Shown here one piece after another: positions 22,649-36,102 of a stretch of DNA of 64,000 bases. Where the stretch lies: NCBI GenBank assembly GCA_002269645.1, contig NIVC01002097.1, positions 1 through 64,000 on the forward strand, written 5' to 3'. This DNA comes from Macrostomum lignano. Its lineage: Eukaryota. Numbering within the stretch: the first letter of the stretch is position 1; each line of letters begins with the position of its first letter. The notes under the pieces are model-generated. The model had not been told where the DNA came from. It ran no database searches and saw only the letters and a list, made by a program, of their open reading frames with translations. The translations under genes were made by a program, and so were the position numbers.

Positions 22649-25600
22649 CCTGACCTACTTTCCGAATTCCCGGCAGTGCAAGTGTGGCTGCCCTGGCGCA
22701 CCAGTCTGAGCTGCATGACTTTTCATGCCGCCCAAACCTCGCAGATGCGCGAGCGAATCAATCAACTTCGGCCAAATTCCCTGGCAGCGGGAGTTCCGCG
22801 ATCTGCCTGCTAATTATAAGGCTGGCGACGGACTCTGGGTGGACTCAGAGTCCTCATTCCAAGACAGATAAGGAGGATAGTCACTGGAAAATGTGTCAGA
22901 TGCTGTGACAGATACATGCGCGATTGTGAAGGCTGCTTCATCTATCAGAGCTGAATTAACTGCCGAGACCAGCGCCCACCTGCAGTACCGATGCTCAGTG
23001 CACCCTAGTGACAGCCGTAGACTAGTTTTACTCATGAACTCAGGTTCGTTACTAATTTATGACACCGTCTCGCACTGACAGTCCGCCTTAGGGTGGCCAA
23101 CCCGTATAGCAAACTGATGACGACTGGTTAAATGATTTTTTTAATTACAAAGTACAATTTCCATACTTTCATCCTTTTCCTGTATTTCCTTTGTTTGGCC
23201 TTCATAGACCGGCTTGTACCAGCGGTCAAACGACAGTCTTAGCTGAGCAAATTTCCTCTTAGCTCAACCTCTCTAGCATCGTATCGAACGAACTTCTCGG
23301 TTGAGTTGCATTTTGGGCCAATGTTTCATCAAGCATGTATCTGCGACAGAGCCAGAAAAGGGAGAGAGGGAGCCGCTCCCGACTCAAGCATTTATTGCCA
23401 CTGGATCCGAGCTGGAAGTGGGAGGCTGCCTGTCGAATTTCGTGCCCACTGAGGCGAGCTGGCGGTGCACTCGATATCCGTGCTGCTTGACTAGAAATTC
23501 TACTGCAGTTGCATTGCAGGAATTTGAGAGACACGCGGAGTGACATGGAAGAACCCTGATGGACACACCCTCGCGCAACCCCCCGAGAGAAGCGAAGTTG
23601 ATTGTCGGAGCCACGGAAATTGCGCGCCCAGGCGTGAAAATACGCTGGCCGAATTTCTGCAACAAAGTAAGAGACACGAGCGACCTCTCTGACCCCAACA
23701 AGTATTCTCCAGTTTCAGCACATCAAGATTACATGCTGCATGCTGATGATTTGATGCTCAGCACCGCTTGGCTCAGTTTTATGCCGAAGACTGGGGAAAC
23801 CTATCATCATATTCGGAGCTTGACCGCGAGCACGCTGTTCCAAATAACAGGCCTTCAGTTTTCCTTTTCCCAGTTTCAGAGAACTTTCTTGCTGGAGTAT
23901 GGAGGTGACGAAGTCGGCTGCAAAGACTTTAAATCTCGAACTGTAGAAAATGTATCCAATTAAAACACGAGAAACTATTAAGACTCAGCAAGAAGATGCA
24001 GTTAGCAAAAGAGTTCAACTAGCAGACTTCAATACAGTCGGTCCTTGTCTACTGGTTCACACTCGCAAGCGCCAAGTTGCATCAAAGGATGTTCCAATTC
24101 TGTCTGTTACTCTTCTGTATCCGTGGCAATACAGTAAGCAAACAACTTGGAAAGCCAGAAGCAGTTGTAGCGCGGTTGTCAAGTTCTCGTATCCTTGCAG
24201 CGATTGAAGTTCGGACAGTCGGTTTTTCATCCCACCTGGATGGATCGATCCGTGTTGTACTGTTAATCTTGTCAGCACGGTTGAAGGTACTGGGAAACTG
24301 TGACAAGCGAACAATGCGATGCAAAGAGGCAGCACCTTCGATTAGAAAGTTGCTTTCACATTTCAGAGAAACCCGATCGATCGCATAGTAGCTGTTTGTG
24401 GATTTTTGAAATCCACAAGTTCTGAGGTCGAGGTGGTCAAGAGGTAAAAGTGCATCGCGGCTTCTACTGAAGCTAGTTATACGGTAGGCGCCATCATCAG
24501 AGTCACTCATTGTGGGGGAAAATCGGGAAAATCTCAGAGTAGAGCAGGGGTAAATGAACACGAACTGACTCAAGCGGACAAGACCTGGCAAATGAGTCTC
24601 GTGCTCGTCATTCTCAGCCTATTACCGTTTGGCAAAAGCAGCATGACGTACTTTCTGGACGTATTGCGTTCGTACAAATTCCCAACTATCTGATGACGCG
24701 CGTATAGCAGCAGAAAGTCCACCGCGGAGTTGCTACCCACACCGAAATGACATGCTCGAGAACCTACGGCAAGCCTTCAGTCTGTTGATCTCAACTGACA
24801 GTCCGCAATTTCACTACTCTTAATAGCAAACAGTTGGCTCTCAGGATCCGCTAGGAAGCCCTCCTGTGGGCCTTCTCTCCAACTTTCCAATTCAGGGGAG
24901 CCTCGAGCCTCGCTGAAGTGTTAATTACTGCCGCGCCGTGGAATGAATTCGTCGCAGGAGCTGGCGGCGCCTCATTTGCATTCAGAGGAAGCCGCGCTGT
25001 CCCCGGGGCTGGAGGGGGGCGATAAGGAGCGGAGAGAGGCGAGAGAGGAGGGAAATACAGGCCCAATAGCGTCTTTGATCATTGCAGCTCGAGTCCAAAT
25101 AGACGGTATGCGAGGCTCGACCAGTTGGAGCACTCTCACGACTCACAGTCTGATTTGAGAGAAGGACAAACAAATGAGTTGCGACAGATTGTCACTTCTT
25201 ATAGGGAGAAGGATTACTTTATATCTTACTGCTCACCCACATTGAAACGTCGTGGAAAATTGAAATGTCATTGAATTTTGCCGAGACTTCAATAGCTGTT
25301 GGAAACGACTGCAGCTTTTAAGACTTTGGAATAAGTCTGAGCGTATGGACAACCATGGACAACCATGGACAACCATGGACAACCATGAAATGCCTGTCAG
25401 GGCAGGTTGGAAAACGGAATTTTCAAAGTCGGAAAAATTACCAAGCAAGGAATTCGAAGCCGCTCCACCCTTGTGAAGGCCCCTCTCAGACGATGGCCCC
25501 ATGATTCAAGCTCAGCAAAAAGTACGAAACCAAAAACTCGACCCCACAAAATTGAACTTCGGTGTTCCCACTGCTCAGACAAGAATTCAGTCGAAGAATG

Positions 25601-25747
25601 CACTTAACTTCACTTAAGAGGCTTTTGAGTTTTTCTGAGTTTTGCTCAGAAATGATCGATTTTAGATTTGAAAAATTTTTATGGAATGGTACTGAGTGAC
25701 CTAAAAGTTAAATTATCCTTATCCGGTTGAATTCACTGCTTGAAGAT

Positions 25748-25785
25748 TGTCTGTCTGTCTGTCTGTCTGTTTGTCTATCTGTCTA

Positions 25786-25872
<87 letters not shown>

Positions 25873-25873
25873 A

Positions 25874-25949
<76 letters not shown>

Positions 25950-25958
25950 GTCTGTCTC

Positions 25959-25990
<32 letters not shown>

Positions 25991-25995
25991 TTGTA

Positions 25996-26084
<89 letters not shown>

Positions 26085-26088
26085 GTCG

Positions 26089-26140
<52 letters not shown>

Positions 26141-26186
26141 GGTCTGTCAGTCTGTCTGTCGGTCTGTCTGTCTGTCTGTCTGCTTG
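25748..26186. repeat. Degenerate (TCTG)n microsatellite
   Basis: Direct reading. Confidence 0.95.
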
Positions 26187-27766
26187 TCTATCTGTGCACA
26201 GAGAACAGCGGTAGAGGCCGGATTGCAGGGCTCGCCGCAGAGTGCATTAAACTGAGGTTACTGCAAAGCGATTCTGTTGAGAAAATAAAATAATTGGAAC
26301 TCATCCTTCAGCGCTGCAACGGGCTGCACGGTGGCTGACCGCCCCGCCAGACGGATTTCGCAGTTGCCACGCACTCGACCTGGCATTGGGCCATCAGCTC
26401 GGCTCCGTGTTCTCATTAGCTGGCGAGTTCTGCAGGCCGGCAGGTTCCAGGTGAGTCGCGTCAGTCCCGGCACTCGAGCCGGGCAGGAGAGGTGGAGGGG
26501 GGGGGGGTTCGGCCGCGCCAATTAGGCCAGCGGCACCGGAGCCTGTTCTGGGCGGGCTCCTCTGTCTCTGCTCCGGTAAGTTCTGGGAAATCTCGCTGGC
26601 AAGATGAGCCGCCGCGCCACTGCTGGCTGCGACTTTCCTGTGTGAGAGTTTCTGCTAATGATCTTGTTAACCGGGTGCAGACTCAGTGCTGCGGTATTGC
26701 GTAAACCAGTACAGGATTTGCCTGATCCAGTCGTTCAGGCTCTGCCAAACCTGTCACTTGCTACTGACAGTAGAGCAAAGCGACGCAGACTATCATCATC
26801 TATCTAAAAAGTGGGTGTCAAGTGAAGCGCTGAAGCGGAGCCCGAAGTTGAAGCCGCTCTCGAGTTTTGAGTTGTAAAAAATTCCCTGTTAGAGCCCAGA
26901 GGACGGCTCAAAGGACGGGTCAAAGTTAAATGCGGGCTGAAAACTTCTTTCTCAGTTTTACGTTCCCAATTCATATATTAAGGAAAGCTAGCTCGTATGC
27001 CTTGATAGCATCGGGGCGAAATGATTGACAGGAATTCAAAATCAAATCGAGATTAAAGCCATGAAAAGCTCCGACCGAGGGCAGACTTTGGATTGGATTG
27101 CTAGTCTATCTCAAGTATTGTGCAAATAACTGTAGGTCATAAAGTCTACAGAAGCTTTGCTGACTTCATTGCGACAGGCCATGCAGTAGTACCTTAGAGA
27201 ATTCCAAGCCTATAGGACTGAAAAAGTGCATCCTGGAAAGCTGCAGAAGAGTTATGGCCACATTGGAACCCCATCGACCGAATTTATGACCAATGAAGAG
27301 CAGCAGGCGGTCGGGCAGGACTGAGGGTGACTGGCAGTGCGTAAGCTGCGTGTTGGGCGGCACAGAACTAATTGGAAAGCAGGTCGGGGCAACCAGCAGC
27401 TTGCCGGCCAACAAAGTGGACTTCGTGGCCCCGGTGCGATGCAGCTAGGAGGCTGGGAGGCCAATTTAGTCAACTCGCGGATCCTGCGTCCCCTGATCCC
27501 CTCTCCGATCGGCGCGTTTATCTCCCACTGGATCCCGCGCGCGCTTTCACTCCACCACCATGTCTATCTGTTATCTGCGGCGATCCGCTCTGACATACCG
27601 GAGCCTGGCTTCTGGGGGACCGTGGTGTGGGGCCTGGATGCCACTACAATGCGGCAGAGTCTCGCGTTCTCTGCCAGAGGTGGCTGAGGCAAGGAGAAAC
27701 CCTGAAGAAGTCAGTTCTATAGCCGCACCTTTGATTCTCCGGTCTTAAAAAGACACAAAAAAGGCT

Positions 27767-28050
27767 GAGGTTGGATGTCCTTTGACAATGAGGTTGGATG
27801 TCCTTTGACAATGAGGTTGGATGTCCTTTGACAATGAGGTTGGATGTCGCTTGACAATGAGGCTGGATGTCCTTTGACAATGAGGTTGGATGTCCATTGA
27901 CAATGAGGTTGGATGTCGCTTGACAATGAGGTTGGATACTCCTTGACAATGAGGTTGGATCTCCTTTGACAATGAGGTTGGATACTCCTTGACAATGAGG
28001 TTGGATCTCCTTTGACAATGAGGTTGGATGTCCCTTTGACAATGAGGTTG
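27767..28050. repeat. Minisatellite, 23-bp unit GAGGTTGGATGTCCTTTGACAAT, ~12 copies
   Basis: Direct reading. Confidence 0.95.
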
Positions 28051-28069
28051 CATTTTCCTTGCCTGGCTG

Positions 28070-28988
28070 GCCAGTGCATCGCTCTCGGGCACCCAATCCA
28101 GGCTCTAGCTCAAGATCTCCTTGGCGCAAGCCAGTGCATCGCTCTCGGGCACCCAATCCAGGCTCTAGCTCAAGATCTCCTTGGCGCAAGCCAGTGCATC
28201 GGTCTCAGGCACCCAATCCAGGCTCTAGCTCAAGATCTCCTTGGCGCAGGCCAGTGCATCGGTCTCAGGCACCCAATCCAGGCTCTAGCTCAAGATCTCC
28301 TTGGCGCAGGCCAGTGCATCGGTCTCAGGCACCCAATCCAGGCTCTAGCTCAAGATCTCATTGGCGCAGGCCAGTGCATCGGTCTCAGGCACCCAATCCA
28401 GGCTCTAGCTCAAGATCTCCTTGGGGCAAGCCAGTGCATCGGTCTCAGGCACCCAATCCAGGCTCTAGCTCAAGATCTCCTTGGCGCAAGCCAGTGCATC
28501 GGTCTCAGGCACCCAATCCAGGCTCTAGCTCAAGATCTCCTTGGCGCAGGCCAGTGCATCGGTCTCAGGCACCCAATCCAGGCTCTAGCTCAAGATCTCC
28601 TTGGGGCAAGCCAGTGCATCGCTCTCGGGCACCCAATCCAGGCTCTAGCTCAAGATCTCCTTGGCGCAGGCCAGTGCATCGGTCTCAGGCACCCAATCCA
28701 GGCTCTAGCTCAAGATCTCCTTGGCGCAGGCCAGTGCATCGGTTTCAGGCACCCAATCCAGGCTCTAGCTCAAGATCTCCTTGGCGCAGGCCAGTGCATC
28801 GGTCTCAGGCACCCAATCCAGGCTCTAGCTCAAGATCTCCTTGGGGCAAGCCAGTGCATCGCTCTCAGGCACCCAATCCAGGCTCTAGCTCAAGATCTCC
28901 TTGGCGCAGGCCAGTGCATCGGTCTCAGGCACCCAATCCAGGCTCTAGCTCAAGATCTCCTTGGCGCAGGCCGGTGCATCGGTCTCGG
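28070..28988. repeat. Minisatellite, 60-bp unit, ~15 copies
   Basis: Lines 28081-28921 repeat with an exact 60-bp period. Confidence 0.97.
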
Positions 28989-30126
28989 GCGTTCACATTG
29001 ACGCGCCTTCTGCTACTGCAAGGTGGTGCTGCTTCAACCCAAAGAATTGAGTGCAGAGTCCGACCGTCTCCGCGGCCCTGGGAGCGCCAGAAAGGCATTG
29101 GGAGAATATTAACTGTCGGCCAGCAAAACTCATTAAGACTGCCGGATGCTCGTGTCGCCCGGCCGGTGATAGCTGATGAGAGGCTGGACCGGGGCCGCCT
29201 CATCAGCTGAGCTGAGCTTCCAATACCCGGGACTGGATATCCATCTTAATGAGCAGTCTCTGAAGTCTAAATTGATGTGGCAGTCAAAGATCCCAACTCT
29301 CAGCCTTTGAGGCGAAACTCAGGAGACATAATTGACCTCTCAATCTCAGTGGAGGTGATGCCGATTTTGGCACTTTAATTACTCCATTGAAATGCCGCCC
29401 ATATTGGCTGGCCCAGATCAGCCTTCAGTTCTAGATAGTCCATTGTGCCAGTTTGTTTACTGACAGGATATAATAATAATAATATTAATATTAATATTCT
29501 TAATAATCACAGGAAGGTGGTTTACAGAGGCCCTGACTTTCCAGTCGTTAGACATGTACTAATAGAACTGATAGAAAGAACATACAAAGTTTTGGTGGTC
29601 GCCAATTTCGAGTGAGTTTCATAAAGCACGAACACTACGGACGATTTAATGTGCCGCCCTGCAAAAAAGTTTTTACAATTTAATAAAGTTGCAAACAAGG
29701 AAAATTAGACTGGTACAAAAAGCACGTGGGCTACATGTAAACTGCAAGAGGCTGCTTCAGCATGACCGCAGGCGATGTGGCAAGTCCTCCGCGACCTTCA
29801 AATGATATGCAACCCACGGACTAGACAAGCCAAAATATGTGCCGCTGCAGGCTTGACAACAACAAAGACCGAGACTCAATTGAAACAAAGACTTATCTAA
29901 CAAAATATCATAGACGCAGATTTCTTAGAAAGCCGCACAAACTCTCAACTGACAAGATTTGGCAGCGGCCTGCTGTGCTGCTATAGATTTATAAACAAAG
30001 CATTCAACCAGTCGGCTGGTCAAGTGAAAGTATGAGCTCAGATTTAGTTGACTAAAAAGTACATTGAATAACGCCCACATAGCAGCAGTGCCACAAATCC
30101 CAGATAGATGATACCGGAGTCCCAGA

Positions 30127-30473
30127 CTACACCATCTGTTCATTGTTGTTCTCAGCCGCCTTCTGGTGCCGGCTGCGCCGCAGGCTCGCGTCCGAGGCCC
30201 GTCGGACGCTTCGGCCGGCTCGTCCGGAGGCGCCAGGCGCGGCGCTGTTTGCGGCGGCGGCGCCAGCATTGGCGCCAGTAGGTCCCGCGCCAAGCCGGCG
30301 CTTGCTGGTGCCGCGGCCGCTGCTGGGGAGGCCGTACTGCTCCGAGTACTGCTGCGATCGGAGCCTCTCGTTGATGCTGCGACAGTGGCAGAGCAGCAGG
30401 TGCTTGAATGGCGTCCGGAAGTCTCGGTTGAACTTGGCGTAGATGATGGGGTTCATGAAGGAGTTCACGTAGC
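30127..30473 (-). CDS. HTR7: 5-HT7-like serotonin receptor, exon 3 (TM7 and C-tail)
   Basis: Acceptor cag|GC TAC (phase 1); GYVNSFMNPIIYAKFNRDFRTPF...YSEQYG, resembling the invertebrate 5-HT7 C-tail; stop TAG at 30127-30129. Confidence 0.85.
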
Positions 30474-30760
30474 CTGCGGGTTCAGGGGGGGGGGTTGTTC
30501 TTCTTATGATGGTGTTCATGAAGGAGTTCACGTAGCCTGCAGGTTCAGGGGGGTTGTTCTTCTTATGATGGGGTTCATGAAGGAGTTCACGTAGCCTGTG
30601 GGTTCATGGGGGGGTTGTTGGGTTCATGAAGGAGTTCACGTAGCCTGCGGGTTCATGGGGGGTTGTTGGGTTCATGAAGGAGTTCACGTAGCCTGCGGGT
30701 TCATGGGGGGGGGGTTGTTGGGTTCATGAAGGAGTTCACGTAGCCTGCGGGTTCAGGGGG
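30449..30760 (-). repeat. Six tandem copies of the exon-3 splice acceptor plus the first ~25 nt of the exon
   Basis: GTTCATGAAGGAGTTCACGTAGCCTG occurs at about 30451, 30515, 30573, 30622, 30670 and 30722. Confidence 0.9.
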
Positions 30761-30989
30761 GGGTGTTCTTCCTTCAGTTTCCAGGAAATCGTCATTCTCG
30801 CAACTGTCATTATCAGAGTGGGTGTCCGAATGCAAATGAAGAACGGATTTCTGGGCTGCAATTTCCTGCCGGGGATTTTCATTTCAGCATCGATCGGAAA
30901 ACCCCTGGCCTGGCGCGGGCAAGCCGGCAACTTTTGCACTCAGATTGAGGACCCAATAACGCCACAAAGTTTTGCTACCTGCGTGTTGG

Positions 30990-31620
30990 CGCCACCTGAA
31001 ATACTGTGGCGCCACCTGTATTATTGTAGCGCCACCTGTATTATTGTGGCGCCACCTGTATTATTGTAGCGCTACCTGTATTATTGTGGCGCCACCTGTA
31101 TTATTGTGGCGCCACCTGTATTATTGTGGCGCCACCTGTATTATTGTAGCGCTACCTGTATTATTGTGGCGCCACCTGTATTATTGTGGCGCCACCTGTA
31201 TTATTGTGGCGCCACCTGTATTATTGTGGCGCCACCTGTATTATTGTAGCGCTACCTGCATTATTGTAGCGCTACCTGTATTATTGTAGCGCTACCTGTA
31301 TTATTGTGGCGCTACCTGTATTATTGTGGCGCTACCTGTATTATTGTGGCGCCACCTGTATTATTGTGGCGCTACCTGTATTATTGTGGCGCTACCTGTA
31401 TTATTGTGGCGCCACCTGTATTATTGTGGCGCCACCTGTATTATTGTGGCGCCACCTGTATTATTGTGGCGCCACCTGTATTATTGTAGTGCTACCTGTA
31501 TTATTGTGGCGCCACCTGTATTATTGTGGCGCCACCTGTATTATTGTGGCGCCACCTGTATTACTGTGGCGCCACCTGTATTATTGTGGCACCACCTGTA
31601 TTATTGTGGCGCTACCTGTT
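30990..31620. repeat. Minisatellite, 20-bp unit GCCACCTGTATTATTGTGGC, ~31 copies (intron 2 of the 5-HT7-like gene)
   Basis: Direct reading. Confidence 0.95.
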
Positions 31621-32659
31621 TATGCAGCGGCCTCCCCGCTGAGACAAAAACAGAATTTTTAATGTGCACCTTAAAAGCAGCGGTGACGAAGCAAAGACCA
31701 GGCAGAACCCATCCCTACCGTGTGGGATGCAGCGCATTCAATTTGTTAGATTGGAATTCATGAAATCGCCAGTTTATATTCATAGTTGTTTTTTGCCTTC
31801 AAATGGATTTATTGCCCCGTCGGCAGCCGTGTGATCTCTGCTCAAGCAGCTGAAACTGCTTGCGCTGCTCCAGCGGGGGGCTGCCTGATGCAGTGGCGAT
31901 GCAGCGGGCCCGCAGCCAAGAGCGTTTGCAGGTAAAAACCTGGACGGGAAGCTGAGTCTCTGTCTAGAAAATTTTAGTTTCCAATCCGGTCGAAAGAACT
32001 GAACCTAGCATAAAGCTGAAACCATTGAAAGCCGGCAAAGAACAAAATCTTTCCGCCTCCAAGGACTCATAGTACTCACCCAGACTGGAAGCCCAAATAT
32101 CATGATAGAGCTGCAGTTTCCAATACAGACGTCTTAACTAGAGACGTCCATGACCGCAGCAAACTTTGTTCTGCGTGCACTGCTAGGGGGCCTCCCCCTT
32201 CTCCCCTCCCCCCCTCTTGTTCCCTAATCCTGCCAGAGCCAAAGCCCCGTGCGCTGTCCGGCCCGGCCACGCTGTGGAAGCGGACGGCTCAAAAGAACGA
32301 TTGAGAGATTAAAAATGAATTATTTTGGGATTAAGCCTGCCTGTTCGTGCATCCGCTGCCCTCAACTCCCTCCCTCCCTCCCAATCTCCAATCCATAGCA
32401 AACCTTGCCAAGAATCTCCCAGTAAAAACGATTATCGATACATATTGGAAATCGACTCAGTCCAGGGCCCTTTTGTGCTCCAATTTGTGAGGTAATTGAG
32501 GTCTCAAGTGACGCCAATTTCTTCCAATCGCTGTCGCTGTACGACCCGCAAATTCATTCTCCGTAAAACTCCGTAATTCTCCGTTGCCCTGACGAAGGAA
32601 TATAATAATTTCGAAATATCGGCAATTCAATTAAACTGACTTTGTTCAGTCCTTTCTAC

Positions 32660-33180
32660 CGTTACCGTGTCAGTGCCTGAGATTGGAGGTGCCTTCCTCT
32701 CTCCCTCTCTCCCTCTCTCAGTCTCCTCTCTCTCTCTCTCAGTCTCCCTCTCTCAGTCTCCCTCGTTTGTCTCCTTCTCTGTTCCTCATATCCCCCTCTC
32801 TCCCTCTCTCCCTAATATCGGCAACATTAACTCTATTGACTTATCAGTCCTTTTTTCACCGTGTCAGCGCCTGAGATTGGAGGTGCCCTCCTCTCTCCCT
32901 CTCAGTCTTCCTCTCTCAGCCTCCCTCTCTTCCTCTCTCAGTCTCCCTCTCTCAGTCTTCCTCTCTCTCCCTCTCTCCCTCTCTCAGTCTTCCTCTCTCT
33001 CCCTCTGTCTCCCTCTCTTCCTTTCTCAGTCTTCCTTTCTCTCAGTCTCCCTCTCTCTCCCTCTCTCCCTCTCTCAGTCTCCCTCTCTCAGTCTCCCTCT
33101 CTCAGTCTCCCTCTCTCTCTCAGTCTCCCTCTCTCTCTCTCTCAGTCTCCCCCTCCCTCTTATCTTTTTCTTCCCTCTCT
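32660..33180. repeat. CT-rich low-complexity repeat with a duplicated ACCGTGTCAG(T/C)GCCTGAGATTGGAGGTGCC block
   Basis: Direct reading. Confidence 0.85.
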
Positions 33181-34750
33181 CATCTCTGAATATTCAGCCG
33201 CTCTGCCGGTTGCAGCTCTGTACAAGACAAAAAATTCCTGAGAACTGCTCCAGAGACGGCTCGGACTGCCAGCAGTTTGCCTGTCCAAGTCCAAACTTTT
33301 CGGTCAAGGCAGGCTCGGTCGCCATGGAGACAGGCGAGGCCCCTGAGGGAAGATCGGGCAGAAGGAGAGGGAGCGGCTCTGTGTGACGAGAGCCTGACAG
33401 CCGCGGCGACCTCCCCGCTGCCCTCCGTCTCCCCGCTGCGACTTTATTATCCCCAGCAGCGGAGGCCGCCGATTCATCACTGCTGCTGATGAGACCCGAA
33501 TTCCGGTGAAGGAGGCGGCCAGAGAGGCCACCCAGTATAGCAACTATAAATCTATGCATCCATATCTATAATAATTATGAAAACTAGTGCTAAGCCCCCC
33601 CCCCCACCGCCACCGCAGCCCGGCGTTCTCGACTGTCTCCGAGTTTTCAACCGTAAGGTCTTTAAAGAAACAAATTTCCAAATTCATATGAAGCGTTGAA
33701 GAGTTGCCACTCACCCCAACTGCGGATCGCTTCGAGCCCGGCCTCTCAATCCACTCGATGCGCCATGCCAGGCCACAGAAATAAAATTAAAGTTGCGAGC
33801 TGAAGTTCTTGCCGAGCCCCGATTGAGTTCTCTAGCTGTGGCAGGCAGCGCCCAGAGATGCCAGCGCGGCCGCTAAACAGGGGAGAATCTCCCTTGGGGA
33901 TATAGAAAATGGCTGGCAGGGCCGGTCTTAGAGGCCCGCCTAATTAAATTCCTCCCAGCTACGCCCTGGCCTTTCCTCCCCTGGGTCGGAGCGGAGGTGG
34001 CTTGTGAGAAAATCAAGTTTTGCCGCTAGCGGCCCGGGACGCCCACCCCCGCGATCCTCTGCCGCAGGAAGCAGCCCCGCCGTGCCGTGCTTTCACTCTC
34101 TGCACTCAGCTTTGCAAAGGGCCGATGGGGAAGGGGGGGGGCAGCGGAGGAAGACAGCAGATCCGTTCGCTTCTGTGAGCAAAGCTGCGGTTTGATGCTG
34201 ATGAATGAGGCTGACTGGGTGGCTTGATGAAGGACAGTAGCGGCTCAAGGTGGAAAGTTCAGTCAAAAACAAGTTCAAGATTTTCTGGCAAGGTAGCAGA
34301 AAGGGGAACAAAGAGATTCGAACAGTGACGGAACACTAACTCCCCACTCACACTCAATTAGACTTGTTCGCAGGTGAAACTGTTTTCAAGATTTAGCAAC
34401 GCAGACAAAATAAAATACCTGCATTAGAATTTTGGGCGGCTTGCTTCATTCCTGATTTCCCACTTACAAGAAAAATGATTTCAATTATTCTTCAACATCA
34501 TACGCGGAGCCGGGCATTCTGCCACAAGGTGAATTAATTGATCACGAATCTAAAAACATCATTCACTCCAACAGCTGATTAAAACGCGTTGTTTCCCAGG
34601 GACGGTCCCCAGCCAGTGCCCGAGGTGTGCAGCTAATTAACCCATCAGCAAAAATGTTTCTTATCGCTCTGCTCTGCCAAAAGACGCCAGGACTCCGGCC
34701 TCAGGATGCAGGCGGGCGTCAAATGAAAGCAAAATATTGCAATGACTCAC

Positions 34751-34832
34751 CGAGCCACAAGAAGGTGTCAAACACGTTCTTCTCAATGTCGAACTTGCTG
34801 CCCGTCACCTTCTTCCAGATTGCCAGGCTAAT
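34751..34832 (-). CDS. HTR7: 5-HT7-like receptor, exon 2 (end of TM6, ECL3, start of TM7: ISLAIWKKVTGSKFDIEKNVFDTFLWL-G)
   Basis: ttgcag|ATT acceptor (phase 0) and G|gtgagt donor (phase 1); phases join exon 1 and exon 3 exactly to give LWLGYVNS. Confidence 0.9.
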
Positions 34833-35172
34833 CTGCAAGGTGAGTTGAAAAACAGCTGCCAATCACGCAGTTCACACCGAGCCATCTGCTTCAAAGTACG
34901 ACTGTTTTGTTGAGCACTCAACCCGCTGAATCAGCAGCCCCAAGTTGCTGACTGCTTCAAACCAATGCGGCAGCCTACCCGTAGCTAACGGGGAGGCAAG
35001 AGTCGCATGTACATCTCTGTGCCTCGCCTTGGATGCTGGCCCTCGTGGGTGCTGTGTACACCTTGTGTGAGCGTGTGTATGAGTGCGTGCATGAGTACAG
35101 TGTTGGTGCGCTTGTGTGCTCAGGAGTCTGCAGAGTGAACAGGATGTTCGACCCGTGGACACGCAGGCGCAC

Positions 35173-36102
35173 CTGCATGATGAAGAACGGCAGCCAGCAG
35201 AAGGTGAAGCAGCCCATGATGGCGCCCAGCGTCTTGATGGCCTTCGTATCGCTGTTGCTCCTGCCTGCTGGCCGCCCCCTGCCGTTGTTGTTGCGTCGTC
35301 TCAGCGACTTCAAGGCCGAACCGACAGAGGCGGCAGCTCCGGCCTCCGCCTCGAGGACCTCGCCAGTCGCAGCCGCCTGCGGCTCCTCGGCCAGGCCGCC
35401 GCCCAGCTTCTGCTGCTCGTCCGCCTTGGCCATCCGCCTGGCCAGCTTGAAGATGTTGCCGTACAGCACCAGCATGACGCTGAGCGGGATGTAGAAGGCG
35501 CCGATGGTGGCGTAGATCTGGTAGCCGAAGGTCTCCGAGTAGCCGCAGTTGCCGGGCACGAACGGCTCCTTGGCGCCGAGCATGGGCGGGATGCTGATGC
35601 AGGCGCTCAGCAGCCACACGCAGCTGATCATGGCGGCCATGCGGCTGGGGGTTCGCTTCACTGCGTATTCGAACGGCTTCGTGATGACCAGGTAGCGGTC
35701 GATGGAGATGGCGCACAGGTTCAGGATGCTGCTGGTGCACAGCAGCACGTCGCAGGAGGTCCAGAAGTCGCAGGCGGTGTCCGGGAATGGAAAATAGCCC
35801 AGCAGCTGGTAGGCGATGGCGGTGGGAAGGACCAGCAGGCCAACCAGAAGGTCGCTGCTGGCCAGACTCACAATGAGGAAGTTCGACGGGCTGCTCTGAA
35901 GCTTCTTGACGAGGCCGACGGACATGATGACCAGCAAGTTGCCGAGGCAGATGCCGGACGTCAGCACTGAGAGGGCGATGCCGACAGCGGCCCTGGCGGC
36001 GGGGCTGTACCGGTTGAGGCTGGGCAGGCACTCCGAGCTCACGTTGTCAAGGCTGAAGTCGGCGCGGTCGCGGAACAGACGGACCTGCTCCGAGCAGTTC
36101 AT
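35173..36102 (-). CDS. HTR7: 5-HT7-like receptor, exon 1 (N-terminus to TM6)
   Basis: gccgccATG at 36102; SNFLIVSLASSDLLVG, TM3 CDVLLCTSSILNLCAISIDRY, TM5 YQIYATIGAFYIPL, TM6 CWLPFFIMQ followed by donor cag|gtgcgc. Confidence 0.88.

Noticed and set aside
22232-24207. APNASET-repeat ORF and downstream ORF fragments faintly resembling a WD40 protein (WDR11-like)
   Set aside because: Similarity is too weak to support by eye, the fragments are broken by stops and no consistent splice structure could be built; needs an HMM search.
24082-24591. 169-aa minus-strand ORF (MSDSDDG...)
   Set aside because: Protein-like composition but no recognisable motif or gene context.
29171-29208. Hairpin containing CTGATGAG (hammerhead core-like)
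   Set aside because: The motif is locked in a 10-bp stem and there is no GAAA/stem III; not a hammerhead.
28012-29210. 329/383-aa ORFs, and a possible CRISPR-like array
   Set aside because: 60-bp head-to-tail repeats with no unique spacers; eukaryotic context with no cas genes.
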